Source: Planctomycetota bacterium
GTDB taxonomy: Bacteria; Planctomycetota; J058
Direction: 5' to 3'
Assembly: GCA_003695705.1 (NCBI GenBank)
Contig: RFHU01000278.1
Coordinates: 552-64,551, forward strand
Length of the DNA: 64,000 nucleotides
This document shows positions 27,716 through 36,172 of the stretch, in pieces. A program made the translations under genes and the position numbers. Numbering within the stretch: the stretch's first letter is position 1; every line of letters starts with the position of its first letter. The notes beneath the pieces are model-generated. The model ran no database searches. It was not told where the DNA came from and saw only the letters and a list, made by a program, of their open reading frames with translations.

Positions 27716-29254
27716 TCATGCGTCGCTTGGGCTCTCGGTGAAGCCGTACTTCTTCAGTCGCCGCAGGAGGGAGCGGCGATTGATGTGCAGCAAAGCCGCC
27801 GCTCGGGAGCGATTCCCTCGCGCCACTTCCAGCGCGTTGGAAATCTCTGCCCGCTCCACCTCCGCCACGACTTCGTCCAGCGGCCGGACGGGACGCGGCT
27901 CGGGTTCACGCTCCAGGGGACCGACCAGATGCCGGTCCAGGTCGTGCAAGGACTCGTAGTCGATGACCTCGCCCTCCACCAGGTAGGCCAACCGCCGGAT
28001 CACGTTCTCCAGTTCGCGCACGTTCCCCGGCCACGCATAGCGGGTGAAGGTCTCCAGGACCCGCGGATCCCTCCGGTCGAGCACCTTGGGTCGTTTGCCG
28101 CTCTCGCGGGCCGCCTTGCGCAGGAAGTGGTCGATGAGGGGCGGGATGTCTTCCGGTCGCTCCCGCAGCGGCGGGAGGTGGACGCGCACCACCTTCAGCC
28201 GGTAGTAGAGGTCGCGCCGAAAGCGTCCGGCATCGACCTCGGCTTCGAGGTCGCGGTGCGTGGCCGCCACGACCCGCACGTCGATGGGGACGGGTTCGGA
28301 CGAGCCGAGGGGTACGACCTCGCCTTCCTGCAACACGCGGAGAAGGCGGGTCTGCATTTCGAGGCTCATTTCCCCCACCTCGTCGAGGAAGAGGGTCGAT
28401 CCCGACGCGATCTGGAAGAGGCCCGGCTTGGTCTCGTGCGCGCCCGTGAAGGCGCCGGCCACGTAGCCGAAGAGCTCGCTCTCGAGGAGCGAGGAGGCGA
28501 TGGCGCCGCAGTTCTGCGAGTAGAAGCGCTTGTTGCGCCGCTGGGGATCGTTGTCGTGCAGGGCCCGCGCGACCAGTTCCTTGCCGGTGCCGGTCTCGCC
28601 CGTGATGAGGACGGGGACGCGGGCGCCGATGACTCGATCGAGCTTGCGGAAGACGGCGTGCAGGCGAGGGCTGCGGGTCACGATGGGAGAGTAGTCGTAG
28701 CGGAAGCCTTCAGCGCCGCCCGCTCCACTCCCCGCGCCCTCCGGCCTTGCGGAGTCCCGAGCCAGCATCCAGGGGTCGAGGACGGCGCGCAGGACGGCGA
28801 GGACGTGCACCGCGGTGGGTCCGAGGGTTTCGGGTGCGGCCGGGTCGGGCACGAAGCCCAGCACGCCCTCGAGCCGTCGATCCGCCGGGTGGAGGATGGG
28901 GAAGGCGTGCACCGGAGGGTGGCCCGCTTCGGCCTTGATGGCCACGCCGCCCGGCGGCGCGCGCCCGCCGGTCATCAGGGGCGGCGCGTCGGCCACGCCG
29001 CCCTGTGCCTCGCGCAGGCCCGCGGCGACGCGGGCGAGCTGGCGCGGCGACACCTCGGCCGCTCGCCCTTCGGCGTCGCGCGCGTGCACCAGGCGGAGGT
29101 CCGTTCCGTCCACCGCGGCCAGGAAGCCGATCCGGGCGCGGGTCGCCGCCACGGCCAACCCGAGCAGCGCCTCCCCTGCTTCGCGCGGCCCGGCGCTGCC
29201 CCGCGCCCGCTCGACGGCCCGAGCCAGCTCGGCCAGCGCCACCTCTGGAGTCAC
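27716..29254 (-). CDS. Sigma-54-dependent transcriptional activator (GAF-like sensor, AAA+ sigma-54 interaction domain, Fis-type HTH)
   Basis: VLITGETGTGKELVARALH (Walker A), ESELFGYVAGAFTGA (GAFTGA loop), TLFLDEVGEM (Walker B), WPGNVRELEN, and C-terminal NRSRAAALLHINRRSLLRRLKKYG. Confidence 0.92.
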   Translation of the reverse strand: MTPEVALAELARAVERARGSAGPREAGEALLGLAVAATRARIGFLAAVDGTDLRLVHARDAEGRAAEVSPRQLARVAAGLREAQGGVADAPPLMTGGRAPPGGVAIKAEAGHPPVHAFPILHPADRRLEGVLGFVPDPAAPETLGPTAVHVLAVLRAVLDPWMLARDSARPEGAGSGAGGAEGFRYDYSPIVTRSPRLHAVFRKLDRVIGARVPVLITGETGTGKELVARALHDNDPQRRNKRFYSQNCGAIASSLLESELFGYVAGAFTGAHETKPGLFQIASGSTLFLDEVGEMSLEMQTRLLRVLQEGEVVPLGSSEPVPIDVRVVAATHRDLEAEVDAGRFRRDLYYRLKVVRVHLPPLRERPEDIPPLIDHFLRKAARESGKRPKVLDRRDPRVLETFTRYAWPGNVRELENVIRRLAYLVEGEVIDYESLHDLDRHLVGPLEREPEPRPVRPLDEVVAEVERAEISNALEVARGNRSRAAALLHINRRSLLRRLKKYGFTESPSDA

Positions 29255-29329
29255 CCAACCTCCCCGGTTTCTCCGCGCTTCGCTCCGGAGTGCCTCGGCA
29301 CCGAGGCGAGTTTACTGCATGATGCGAGG

Positions 29330-30412
29330 GTGAAACTCCTGCTCGTCCGGCTCAGCGCGCTCGGCGACGCCGTCCACACCCTCCCCGCGCTGGAACGCTT
29401 GCGCGCGGCCCTGCCCGATGCCCGCCTGGTGTGGGCCCTCGAACCGCCCGCCGCGGACCTGCTCTGGGGGCATCCTGCCGTCGACCGCGTTCTGCGCCTG
29501 GACCGCCCGGGCCTTCGCCGCGCGTCCACGCGGGGCCGCGCCCTGCGGAGTTTCCTTGGCGGCCTGCGCGCGCTGCGTGCCGAGCGCTTCGACGCTGCCC
29601 TCGACCTGCAGGCCCTCCTCCGCAGCGCGCTGGTCGCTCGTGCTTCCGGCGCCCGGCGGGTGCTCGGCCCGCGCTGGGCGCGCGAGGGAGCGCGCTACCT
29701 CTACTCGTCTCGTCTCGACGCTCCGCGGCCCTCCGAAGCCCACGCCGTGGCGCGCGCCGACGCCTTGGTCCGCGCCGGGCTGCAGGCCCTCGGCCGTCCC
29801 TGCCCCGGGGGTCCCCTCCCCGCGCCGCGCCTCCCTCGGGAGCTCTTGGCCGAGGGCGACGCGTGCGCGAGCGACGCCGCCGAACACCGGCGGCCGCGGG
29901 TGATCCTGCTTCCGGGGGCAGGCAAGCCCTCCAACCGACCTCCGCCGACGCTCCTCGCCGCCGTGGCCGCACGCCTCGCCGCCGAACTGGGGGGTGCGCG
30001 CTTCGAGGTCCTCGGCGGCCCCGGCGACCTGCGCCGCGCGCAGGCCGTCGCCGCCCACGCCCCCGTTCCCGTCGCCGTTCGCTGCGGCCAGGACATTCGC
30101 ACGAGCGCGCGCCTTCTCGCCCGCGCCGACCTGGTCATCGGCGGCGATACGGGACCGTTGCACCTGGCCCGGGCCCTCGGACGCCCCCTGGTCGGTCTCT
30201 ACCCGGCGGCAAGCCCGTTGCGCACCGGACCGGTGGGGCTGCCGGGCGACGCGCCGGTGGCGGTCCTCGCGGGCGAGACGTCTTGCGCTCCCTGCTGCGC
30301 TCGCGTTTGCCGCCGGCCCGACCGCGTGCGCCGCTGCCTGTCCTCTTTGGAACCCGAGCGGGTCGCCGAGACCGCGCTCGGGGTCCTCGACGCTGCTCGG
30401 GTGACGAGCTGA
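29330..30412 (+). CDS. Glycosyltransferase family 9 (heptosyltransferase-like)
   Basis: GTG at 29330. VKLLLVRLSALGDAVHTLPAL is a typical GT9 N-terminus. LLARADLVIGGDTGPLHLARALGRPLVGLY is a GT9 C-terminal motif. Confidence 0.85.
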   Translation: MKLLLVRLSALGDAVHTLPALERLRAALPDARLVWALEPPAADLLWGHPAVDRVLRLDRPGLRRASTRGRALRSFLGGLRALRAERFDAALDLQALLRSALVARASGARRVLGPRWAREGARYLYSSRLDAPRPSEAHAVARADALVRAGLQALGRPCPGGPLPAPRLPRELLAEGDACASDAAEHRRPRVILLPGAGKPSNRPPPTLLAAVAARLAAELGGARFEVLGGPGDLRRAQAVAAHAPVPVAVRCGQDIRTSARLLARADLVIGGDTGPLHLARALGRPLVGLYPAASPLRTGPVGLPGDAPVAVLAGETSCAPCCARVCRRPDRVRRCLSSLEPERVAETALGVLDAARVTS

Positions 30413-30954
30413 TGGGCCGTCGCGTTGGCGGCGTGCTCTGCGCGCTGGCGGTCGGCTTCCTGCTCTTCGCCTGGCGGTCCCTCGACCACGCATACACCCT
30501 GCGCAGCGAAGGGATCGAGGTCGTTGGCCGAGTGATCGAGCGGGACCGCGCCTCCGGAACCTACGTGGTTCGTTGGCGTTGGCGCGGCAAGGACCACGAA
30601 GGACGCTTTCGCGCCGACGACGAATTCCTGCGCCACCACCCACGCGGCGCGCGCGTTTCCCTGCTTCTGCTCGCAGACGAGCCCGAGGACGCCGTTCCGC
30701 CAGGAGACTCCTCGGTCGGCGGCGCACGGGTCGTCTTCCCCCTCCTCCTCGCCGTCCCCTGCCTCGTCATCGGCGTGGGGCTGCTGGTCCGCGAACCAGG
30801 CCCGTCTCCGGCCGGCGCCCTGCACGTCGCTTCCTCCCCCGCAGGCGCCGAGGAGACAGGCGCCACCGAAAGCCCGCCGCCCTCGGCCTCGGCCTCGGAC
30901 TCGGACTCCGGAGACGATGCGCTGCCGCCCTTCGTCGGCGGTCGCCCGGTGTAG
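30412..30954 (+). CDS. DUF3592-like membrane protein with acidic Ser/Asp-rich tail
   Basis: ATG at 30412 overlaps the GT9 stop by 1 nt. Architecture is TM helix, beta domain (GIEVVGRVIERDRASGTYVVRWRW), then a second TM helix. Confidence 0.7.
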   Translation: MGRRVGGVLCALAVGFLLFAWRSLDHAYTLRSEGIEVVGRVIERDRASGTYVVRWRWRGKDHEGRFRADDEFLRHHPRGARVSLLLLADEPEDAVPPGDSSVGGARVVFPLLLAVPCLVIGVGLLVREPGPSPAGALHVASSPAGAEETGATESPPPSASASDSDSGDDALPPFVGGRPV

Positions 30955-30964
30955 GCTGTCGGAC

Positions 30965-31633
30965 ATGCGGGATCGCGGCAGCCCCAGCGAGGTGGTCCTG
31001 AGCGAGCTCTACGTGAGTTTGCAGGGCGAAGGCACGCGGGCCGGTCGGCGCTGCGCCTTCGTCCGTCTCACCGGCTGCGGTCTGCGTTGCCGCTGGTGCG
31101 ACACCGCCTACGCCTTCGAAGGCGGCGAGCGTCGCCCCGTAGCGGAGGTGGTCGCCGAAGTCCTCTCCCTGGGCGTTCCCCTCGTCCTCATCACCGGCGG
31201 GGAACCCCTGGAGCAGCCGGGCTGCTTCGCGCTGGCCGAAGCCCTCTGCGACGCAGGATTCGAACTCCTCGTGGAGACCGGTGGACACGTTCCCACCCGA
31301 GCCCTCGATCCGCGCGCGGTGCGCATCCTCGACGTGAAGTGCCCGGGGAGCGGCATGCAGCGCCGCAACCACCTTCCCAACCTCGGCGACCTCCGTCCTT
31401 GCGACGAGGTCAAGTTCGTCGTCGCCGACCGGGAGGACTTCGACTACGCCCGCGCGCGCATCGAGGAGTACCGCCTCGACGCGCTCGGCTGCCCTCTCTT
31501 GTTCTCGCCCGCGCACGGCGAGCTGGAGCCCGCGCGGCTCGCCGCCTGGTTGCAGGAGCTTCCCTTTCCGCAGGCTCGGCTCAACCTTCAACTCCACAAG
31601 ATCCTTTGGCCCGAACGCGCTCGAGGTGTCTGA
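30965..31633 (+). CDS. queE: 7-carboxy-7-deazaguanine synthase (radical SAM)
   Basis: LSELYVSLQGEG, CAFVRLTGCGLRCRWCDT (CX3CX2C cluster), ITGGEPLEQ. ATG at 30965. Confidence 0.9.
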   Translation: MRDRGSPSEVVLSELYVSLQGEGTRAGRRCAFVRLTGCGLRCRWCDTAYAFEGGERRPVAEVVAEVLSLGVPLVLITGGEPLEQPGCFALAEALCDAGFELLVETGGHVPTRALDPRAVRILDVKCPGSGMQRRNHLPNLGDLRPCDEVKFVVADREDFDYARARIEEYRLDALGCPLLFSPAHGELEPARLAAWLQELPFPQARLNLQLHKILWPERARGV

Positions 31634-32485
31634 GTGTCCCAACCCGCCGCGTCCTTCCTCCTCGACTACGAAGCCTGGCTGCGCGAGCGCAGCCTTGGCG
31701 AGCTCGCCCCGCTCGCCGAGGTGCGCGCCTTGCGGGACGAGCTGCGCGCGGACGACGCCTTCTGGGAGGAGCAGCGCCCTCGCTTCGACCGCGCCTGGGA
31801 GCTCGCGGAGAAGCGGCTGCGGGAGGAGCAACGCTCGCTCCGAGAGCTCCTCGGCCCGCGCGCCAGCGAGCGGGTCCTCGAAGCGATCGAGGCCATGGAT
31901 CCCGATCCGGAGGCGGTGAAGGCCTTCCTCCATTCCCCGGCGGTCGAGGCCATGCTGGGGAACATCCTCTACGCCGGCATCTTCGAGTTCATCAAGCGCG
32001 TCGACTTGATCGGAAACCTCGTCAACCGCTTGCCGGTCATCGGAGGGATCCGGCGCAAGCTCATGAGCGCCTTCAAGGAGGAGATCGACCAGCGCCTCGA
32101 GGGGCAGATCAAGGGTTTCCTGGGCGGCTTCAGCGGGCTCGCCGTCGAGCGGATGATCCGCTTCGTTCTCTCCGAGGAAAACCAGCCCGGCTTCCGCAAG
32201 GCTCGCCGCAAGGCCGCCGAGCAACTCCTCGACCGGCCCCTGTCCTCCCTCCTCCCGGCGCCCGATGGGGTGGCGCGCCTCCGCGATCGCGCTTGGGAAG
32301 TCCTGCGTGAGCCCGGCATCGCGCACGAGGACCGCCTGCTCGAACGCTTCTACGCTCGCTGGGGCGACGAGCGCCTGTCCGCGTGGACCTCTCCCCTCCA
32401 CCCGCGCGCTCGCGACCTCCTCGCGCGTCCCCTCGCATCCTTCCTCGACGCCTCTCCCTGGACCCTCGCGCGCAGCCAGGAGTGA
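31634..32485 (+). CDS. Hypothetical protein (helical, conserved-looking)
   Basis: GTG at 31634 directly after the queE stop. Balanced composition over 283 aa. No family recognised. Confidence 0.65.
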   Translation: MSQPAASFLLDYEAWLRERSLGELAPLAEVRALRDELRADDAFWEEQRPRFDRAWELAEKRLREEQRSLRELLGPRASERVLEAIEAMDPDPEAVKAFLHSPAVEAMLGNILYAGIFEFIKRVDLIGNLVNRLPVIGGIRRKLMSAFKEEIDQRLEGQIKGFLGGFSGLAVERMIRFVLSEENQPGFRKARRKAAEQLLDRPLSSLLPAPDGVARLRDRAWEVLREPGIAHEDRLLERFYARWGDERLSAWTSPLHPRARDLLARPLASFLDASPWTLARSQE

Positions 32486-32539
32486 CGTGACAGGTGCCGC
32501 GTGCGCTGCCCGCGCCGCGTCGGTCGCAGGCGACGCGGC

Positions 32540-32834
32540 GTGGAGAACGAAGCGGCTCCCCTCCTCAGGCCGCACGCCGCCGCAAGCGGCGCGCGGAAGG
32601 GAGCTTGCGCGGCGCTCGCCGGGACTCTTCAGGGAGTCGCGTCGATCCACTCGGTGGGGGGTGGAGAACGTCGGCGACGGCCCTTCGACCCCACAGGTTT
32701 TCCCCACCGCAGGTCCGCCACAAGCCGCGTGGTTTCCCGATCTCCGCTCCCCTCCACACGATCTCTACGCAGCTCGCCGGGCCCCACCCTCCGCGCACGG
32801 TGGAGAACCAGCGGCGGGAAGAGCCTGTGGAGAG
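32540..32834. promoter_or_regulatory. Cluster of DnaA-box-like 9-mers upstream of dnaA (candidate oriC or dnaA autoregulatory region)
   Basis: Three exact GTGGAGAAC copies at 32540, 32661 and 32800, plus TGTGGAGAG at 32826. These are 2 mismatches from TGTGGATAA (the reverse complement of TTATCCACA). TCCACA and CCCCAC cores occur on the other strand at 32698-32758. Confidence 0.45.
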
Positions 32835-33052
32835 CCGCCGCAACCGCTAGGGCCCCAACCCGCTGCTCTCGACATCCTCCTCCGGAAGGTCGCAAGCCCT
32901 TGTCCGGGCAAGGCCGACGGGCATCGACGGTCGCGTTTCGCAGGCTTCGCCCGGCGGCGTCCCCACCGCACGCAGGGACGCCGCAACACCTTAGCTCGCT
33001 CTCGACGTCGCTCCTTGGCGTGGGCCGGTCGTGCGTGCTTCCATCGGCCCTG

Positions 33053-34414
33053 GTGAGTGCTCCGAGGGAACGCGCCAGCAAGGCCGTGCTCTGGTCCGAA
33101 GCGCGGGCCCGCATCGAAGGCGAGTTGGGCTGGGTGCGCACCCACACCTGGCTCGACGGCCTGCGTCTTCGCCGCCTGGGTCGTTCGCAGGCCGTCGTGG
33201 AGGCCGACACGAAGGAGGCCCACGACGCAGCCCGCGAGCACACCGCCACCCTGGAGGCCGCCGTGGGCGCCGTCGCCGGCCGCCCGCTGCGCCTGCGGCT
33301 CGTCCTCTCCCGCCGCGCCCGACCTCGCCGGCAGCCCGCGCCGCCGGTGCCCCTCGAGCCCTCGGCCTTCGAGGGAGAACGGGTCGGCCGCCGCTACCGG
33401 CTCTGCGACTACTTCGGCGCGGCCGAGGGCGCCCTGGCCGTCCGCTTCGCCCAGGGCGCTGTGGAGCGTCCCGGCGAATGGCACCCCCTCGTCTTCCATG
33501 GCGAGAGCAGCAGCGGCAAGACCCACCTCCTGCAAGGCCTGGCGAACGCCGTCCGGCGCCGCCGTCCCACGGCGAAGGTCGTCTACACCACGGGCCAGCG
33601 GTTCGCCCGGCAATACGTTCAGGCCATGCGCCGGCGTCACACCCGCGGCTTCCGGCGCCTCCACCGCCGCGCCGACTACCTCCTCATCGACGAGGTCGAC
33701 GACCTCATCGGCAAGCCGGCCACCGAGCGGGAGCTCTGCTTCACCTTCGACGCGTTGCAGCTCTCCGGATCCCAGGTGGTCGTCGCGGCCCTCTCGGCGC
33801 CGCATCGTCTCCGCTGCGCCGATCCCGCCTTGCGCACGCGACTCCTCGGCGGGCTGGTCGTTCCGCTTCGGCGGGCCGGCGCCGCGACCCGGCGCGCCAT
33901 CGCCGAGGCGCATTGCGCCGCTTCGGGGCTGCCGCTGACCCCTGCGGTGCTCGACTTCCTCTGCCAGGGGGTCGATCTCGACGCGCGCGAACTCCTCTCC
34001 GCCCTGCGTCGCCTCGAGGTCTACCGGCGCGCCGGCCGGAGCCTGGACCTTCCCGGCGTGCGCGATGCCCTGCGGGACGTGCTGGACGCCCGCCTGCAGC
34101 CCGCCAGCCTCGAAGGCGTCTCCGACTTCGTCGCCGCGCGCCTCGGGACGAGCGTCGAGAAGCTCCGCGGTCGCAGCCGCAAGGCCACCTTGGTCGAGGC
34201 TCGGCAGGTGGCCATGGCGCTCGCCCGGGAGCTCACCGGACTCACGCTGCGGGAGGTCGGCGATTACTTCGGCGGTCGTTCCTGCGCGACCGTCCACTGC
34301 GCTCAGCAGACGGCGCTTCGCCTGCGGGAAGCCCGCTCCGACCTGCAGGAGCTCTGGTCGGCGGCGCGCAGCCGCTTCGTCTCCTCCGTTCCCAACGACC
34401 GCGCCTCCACGTGA
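33053..34414 (+). CDS. dnaA: Chromosomal replication initiator protein DnaA (divergent)
   Basis: AAA+ core FHGESSSGKTHLLQG (Walker A) and YLLIDEVDDL (Walker B). Domain IV RKATLVEARQVAMALARELTGLTLREVGDYFGGRSCATVHCA. GTG start at 33053 chosen; other in-frame GTGs lie just upstream. Confidence 0.85.
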   Translation: MSAPRERASKAVLWSEARARIEGELGWVRTHTWLDGLRLRRLGRSQAVVEADTKEAHDAAREHTATLEAAVGAVAGRPLRLRLVLSRRARPRRQPAPPVPLEPSAFEGERVGRRYRLCDYFGAAEGALAVRFAQGAVERPGEWHPLVFHGESSSGKTHLLQGLANAVRRRRPTAKVVYTTGQRFARQYVQAMRRRHTRGFRRLHRRADYLLIDEVDDLIGKPATERELCFTFDALQLSGSQVVVAALSAPHRLRCADPALRTRLLGGLVVPLRRAGAATRRAIAEAHCAASGLPLTPAVLDFLCQGVDLDARELLSALRRLEVYRRAGRSLDLPGVRDALRDVLDARLQPASLEGVSDFVAARLGTSVEKLRGRSRKATLVEARQVAMALARELTGLTLREVGDYFGGRSCATVHCAQQTALRLREARSDLQELWSAARSRFVSSVPNDRAST

Positions 34415-34541
34415 TGGACCCCTCGTCGGCCCCGAGCCCGGCGATCCCCCTCGACGCTCCCAGCGCTCGTACCGCAGCCGTCTCCGGGTCGGATCCCCTC
34501 GGGACACGCCGCGCGGGGTGCTATGATGCTCCCCCTCCGAC

Positions 34542-34811
34542 GTGGACGAGTTCGACGATCCTCCCTCAGCGCCTTCTTCCCCCTCGCCGGTCACTCCCTC
34601 GACGCGCATAGCGGACGTCCTGGCTTCGCGCCCGGACGCTGCCCGCGTCCTCTGGGAAGAGTTCGACCTCCCCTGCTGGGACTGCGAGGTTGCCTTCCAC
34701 GAGACCATTGCCGAGGGGGCGGCGTATCGCGGCCTCGATCCCGCCCTCCTCGCGGACCGCTTGGACCGCTGCCCCGCCCGCCCCGCGTCCGAGGGACCGT
34801 CGCCTCGGTGA
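34542..34811 (+). CDS. DUF1858-like small protein (hybrid-cluster-protein-associated redox disulfide domain type)
   Basis: TRIADVLASRPDAARVLWEEFDLPCWDCEVAFHETIAEGAAYRGLDPALL matches the DUF1858 pattern, including the CxxC. The stop overlaps the next start (GTGA). Confidence 0.6.
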   Translation: MDEFDDPPSAPSSPSPVTPSTRIADVLASRPDAARVLWEEFDLPCWDCEVAFHETIAEGAAYRGLDPALLADRLDRCPARPASEGPSPR

Positions 34812-36172
34812 CCGCCAGCTTCGCCATCCTCTGCGTCCTGTTCGCCTTCTCCGCCTTCTTCTCGGCCAGCGAGACGGCCCTGTTCAGCCTCCAGCACAAG
34901 GATCGCGTCTGGCTGCGGGAGCACGGGACCGTCTCCGCCGCCCACGTCCTCGAACTGCTCGAGCGCCCTCGCGCTCTGCTGGTCGCGGTGCTCTTCGGCA
35001 ATCTGCTCGTCAACTTCCTCCTCTTCGCGGTGGCGGCCGGGATCGTCTCGCGGCTGCAGGCGAGGGCGGACGCTCCCGAGGGCGCCGGTCTCGTGGTCGC
35101 GGGCGGCGTCGCCACCACCCTGGCCGTTCTCGTGTTCGGGGAAATCACTCCCAAGGCCATCGCCGTCTCCGCACCGCGTCGGGTGGCGCTCCTCAGCGCG
35201 AGCGCCTTGCTCGGCTTCCGCAACGCGACGCGGCTCTTGACCTTGCCCTTGACCGCTCTCGTTGCTTGGGTCCTGCGCAACGCCGAGGCGCGGCTTCCCC
35301 CCCCCAAGGGAGCGCTGACGGACCAGGAACTGAAGCGCTTCGTCGAGATCCAGGGCGAAGTCGGGGCCATGGAGCGACAGGCCTCCGTGTTCCTTGCCCA
35401 AGCCCTCGAACTGGGCTCGCGACGGGTCCACGAGGTCATGACGCCGCGGGTCGACCTCATCGCCACCAGCGAAGATGCTGGGGAGGAAGAATTCCTCGCT
35501 TTGGTGCGCGAGCACCGCTTCGGAAAGCTCCTCGTCCACCGAGGTGACCTCGACCGGATCTACGGCTACATCCGCAGCAAGGACCTGCTCCGCGGGACGC
35601 ACCGCAACCTCAAGGAGTTGATCCGTCCCCTCTGGTTCGTGCCCAGCACCAAGTCGCTCGAGAGTCTCCTCCGCGAGATGCTGGAACGCAACGAGCAGAT
35701 CGCACTGGTCGTGGGAGAGTATGGGGGCACCGACGGACTGGTCACCCTCGAGGACGTGGTCGAAGAGATCACCGGGGACATTGCCCGCGCCGACGCGCTT
35801 CCCCTCCTGCGTCCTGGCGAAGCCGGCTCCTGGTGCATGTCGGGGCGTTTTCCGCTCCGCGAAGCCGGAGAGCTCCTCGGCATCTCCTTCGAACCCGGGC
35901 CGAGCACCCTCTCGGGCTTCGTCGCGCAGCGCCTCGGGCGGCTGCCCGAAGTCGGCGACGAGGTGGTCTACAAGCGCATCCAGTTCCGCGTCGAAGGCGT
36001 CGAGCGCCGCCGCGCCAGCGAGGTCGTGGTCGCTCTCCCGAGGACGCTGGCCCGGGCTCCGCGGCTGGACGAGGTTCCCGAAGAGATGACGAAGAGCGGC
36101 GCGCTGCGAGCCCACCGGCGGCTCGAGCAGTGGGTCCGCGGCACCCAGCCCGAGGAGGAAGAGTCCGTGTGA
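34808..36172 (+). CDS. CNNM/HlyC-CorC family transporter (DUF21, CBS pair, CorC_HlyC domains)
   Basis: FSAFFSASETALFSL, VFGEITPKAIA, RRVHEVMTPRVDL, ALVVGEYGGTDGLVTLEDVVEEITGDI, and a C-terminal transporter-associated domain. Confidence 0.9.
   Translation: MTASFAILCVLFAFSAFFSASETALFSLQHKDRVWLREHGTVSAAHVLELLERPRALLVAVLFGNLLVNFLLFAVAAGIVSRLQARADAPEGAGLVVAGGVATTLAVLVFGEITPKAIAVSAPRRVALLSASALLGFRNATRLLTLPLTALVAWVLRNAEARLPPPKGALTDQELKRFVEIQGEVGAMERQASVFLAQALELGSRRVHEVMTPRVDLIATSEDAGEEEFLALVREHRFGKLLVHRGDLDRIYGYIRSKDLLRGTHRNLKELIRPLWFVPSTKSLESLLREMLERNEQIALVVGEYGGTDGLVTLEDVVEEITGDIARADALPLLRPGEAGSWCMSGRFPLREAGELLGISFEPGPSTLSGFVAQRLGRLPEVGDEVVYKRIQFRVEGVERRRASEVVVALPRTLARAPRLDEVPEEMTKSGALRAHRRLEQWVRGTQPEEEESV

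Noticed and set aside
25066-27741. 891-aa plus-strand ORF opposite the TraB, exonuclease and methyltransferase genes; likewise the upstream 2.3 kb of the 27026-30412 ORF
   Set aside because: No motifs and antisense to recognisable genes. In the 27026-30412 ORF only the part from the GTG at 29330 (GT9) is protein-like.
29291-29320. Sigma-54 promoter-like GGCAC ... TGCA upstream of the GT9 gene, next to the divergent sigma-54 activator
   Set aside because: The GG-to-GC spacing is about 20 nt instead of the required 12 (TGGCAC-N5-TTGC), so it does not fit the -24/-12 geometry.
32765-36115. 1116-aa minus-strand ORF opposite dnaA and the first CNNM gene
   Set aside because: Composition is dominated by Gly/Arg/Ala/Glu with no recognisable motifs. 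The opposite strand carries clear DnaA and CNNM signatures.
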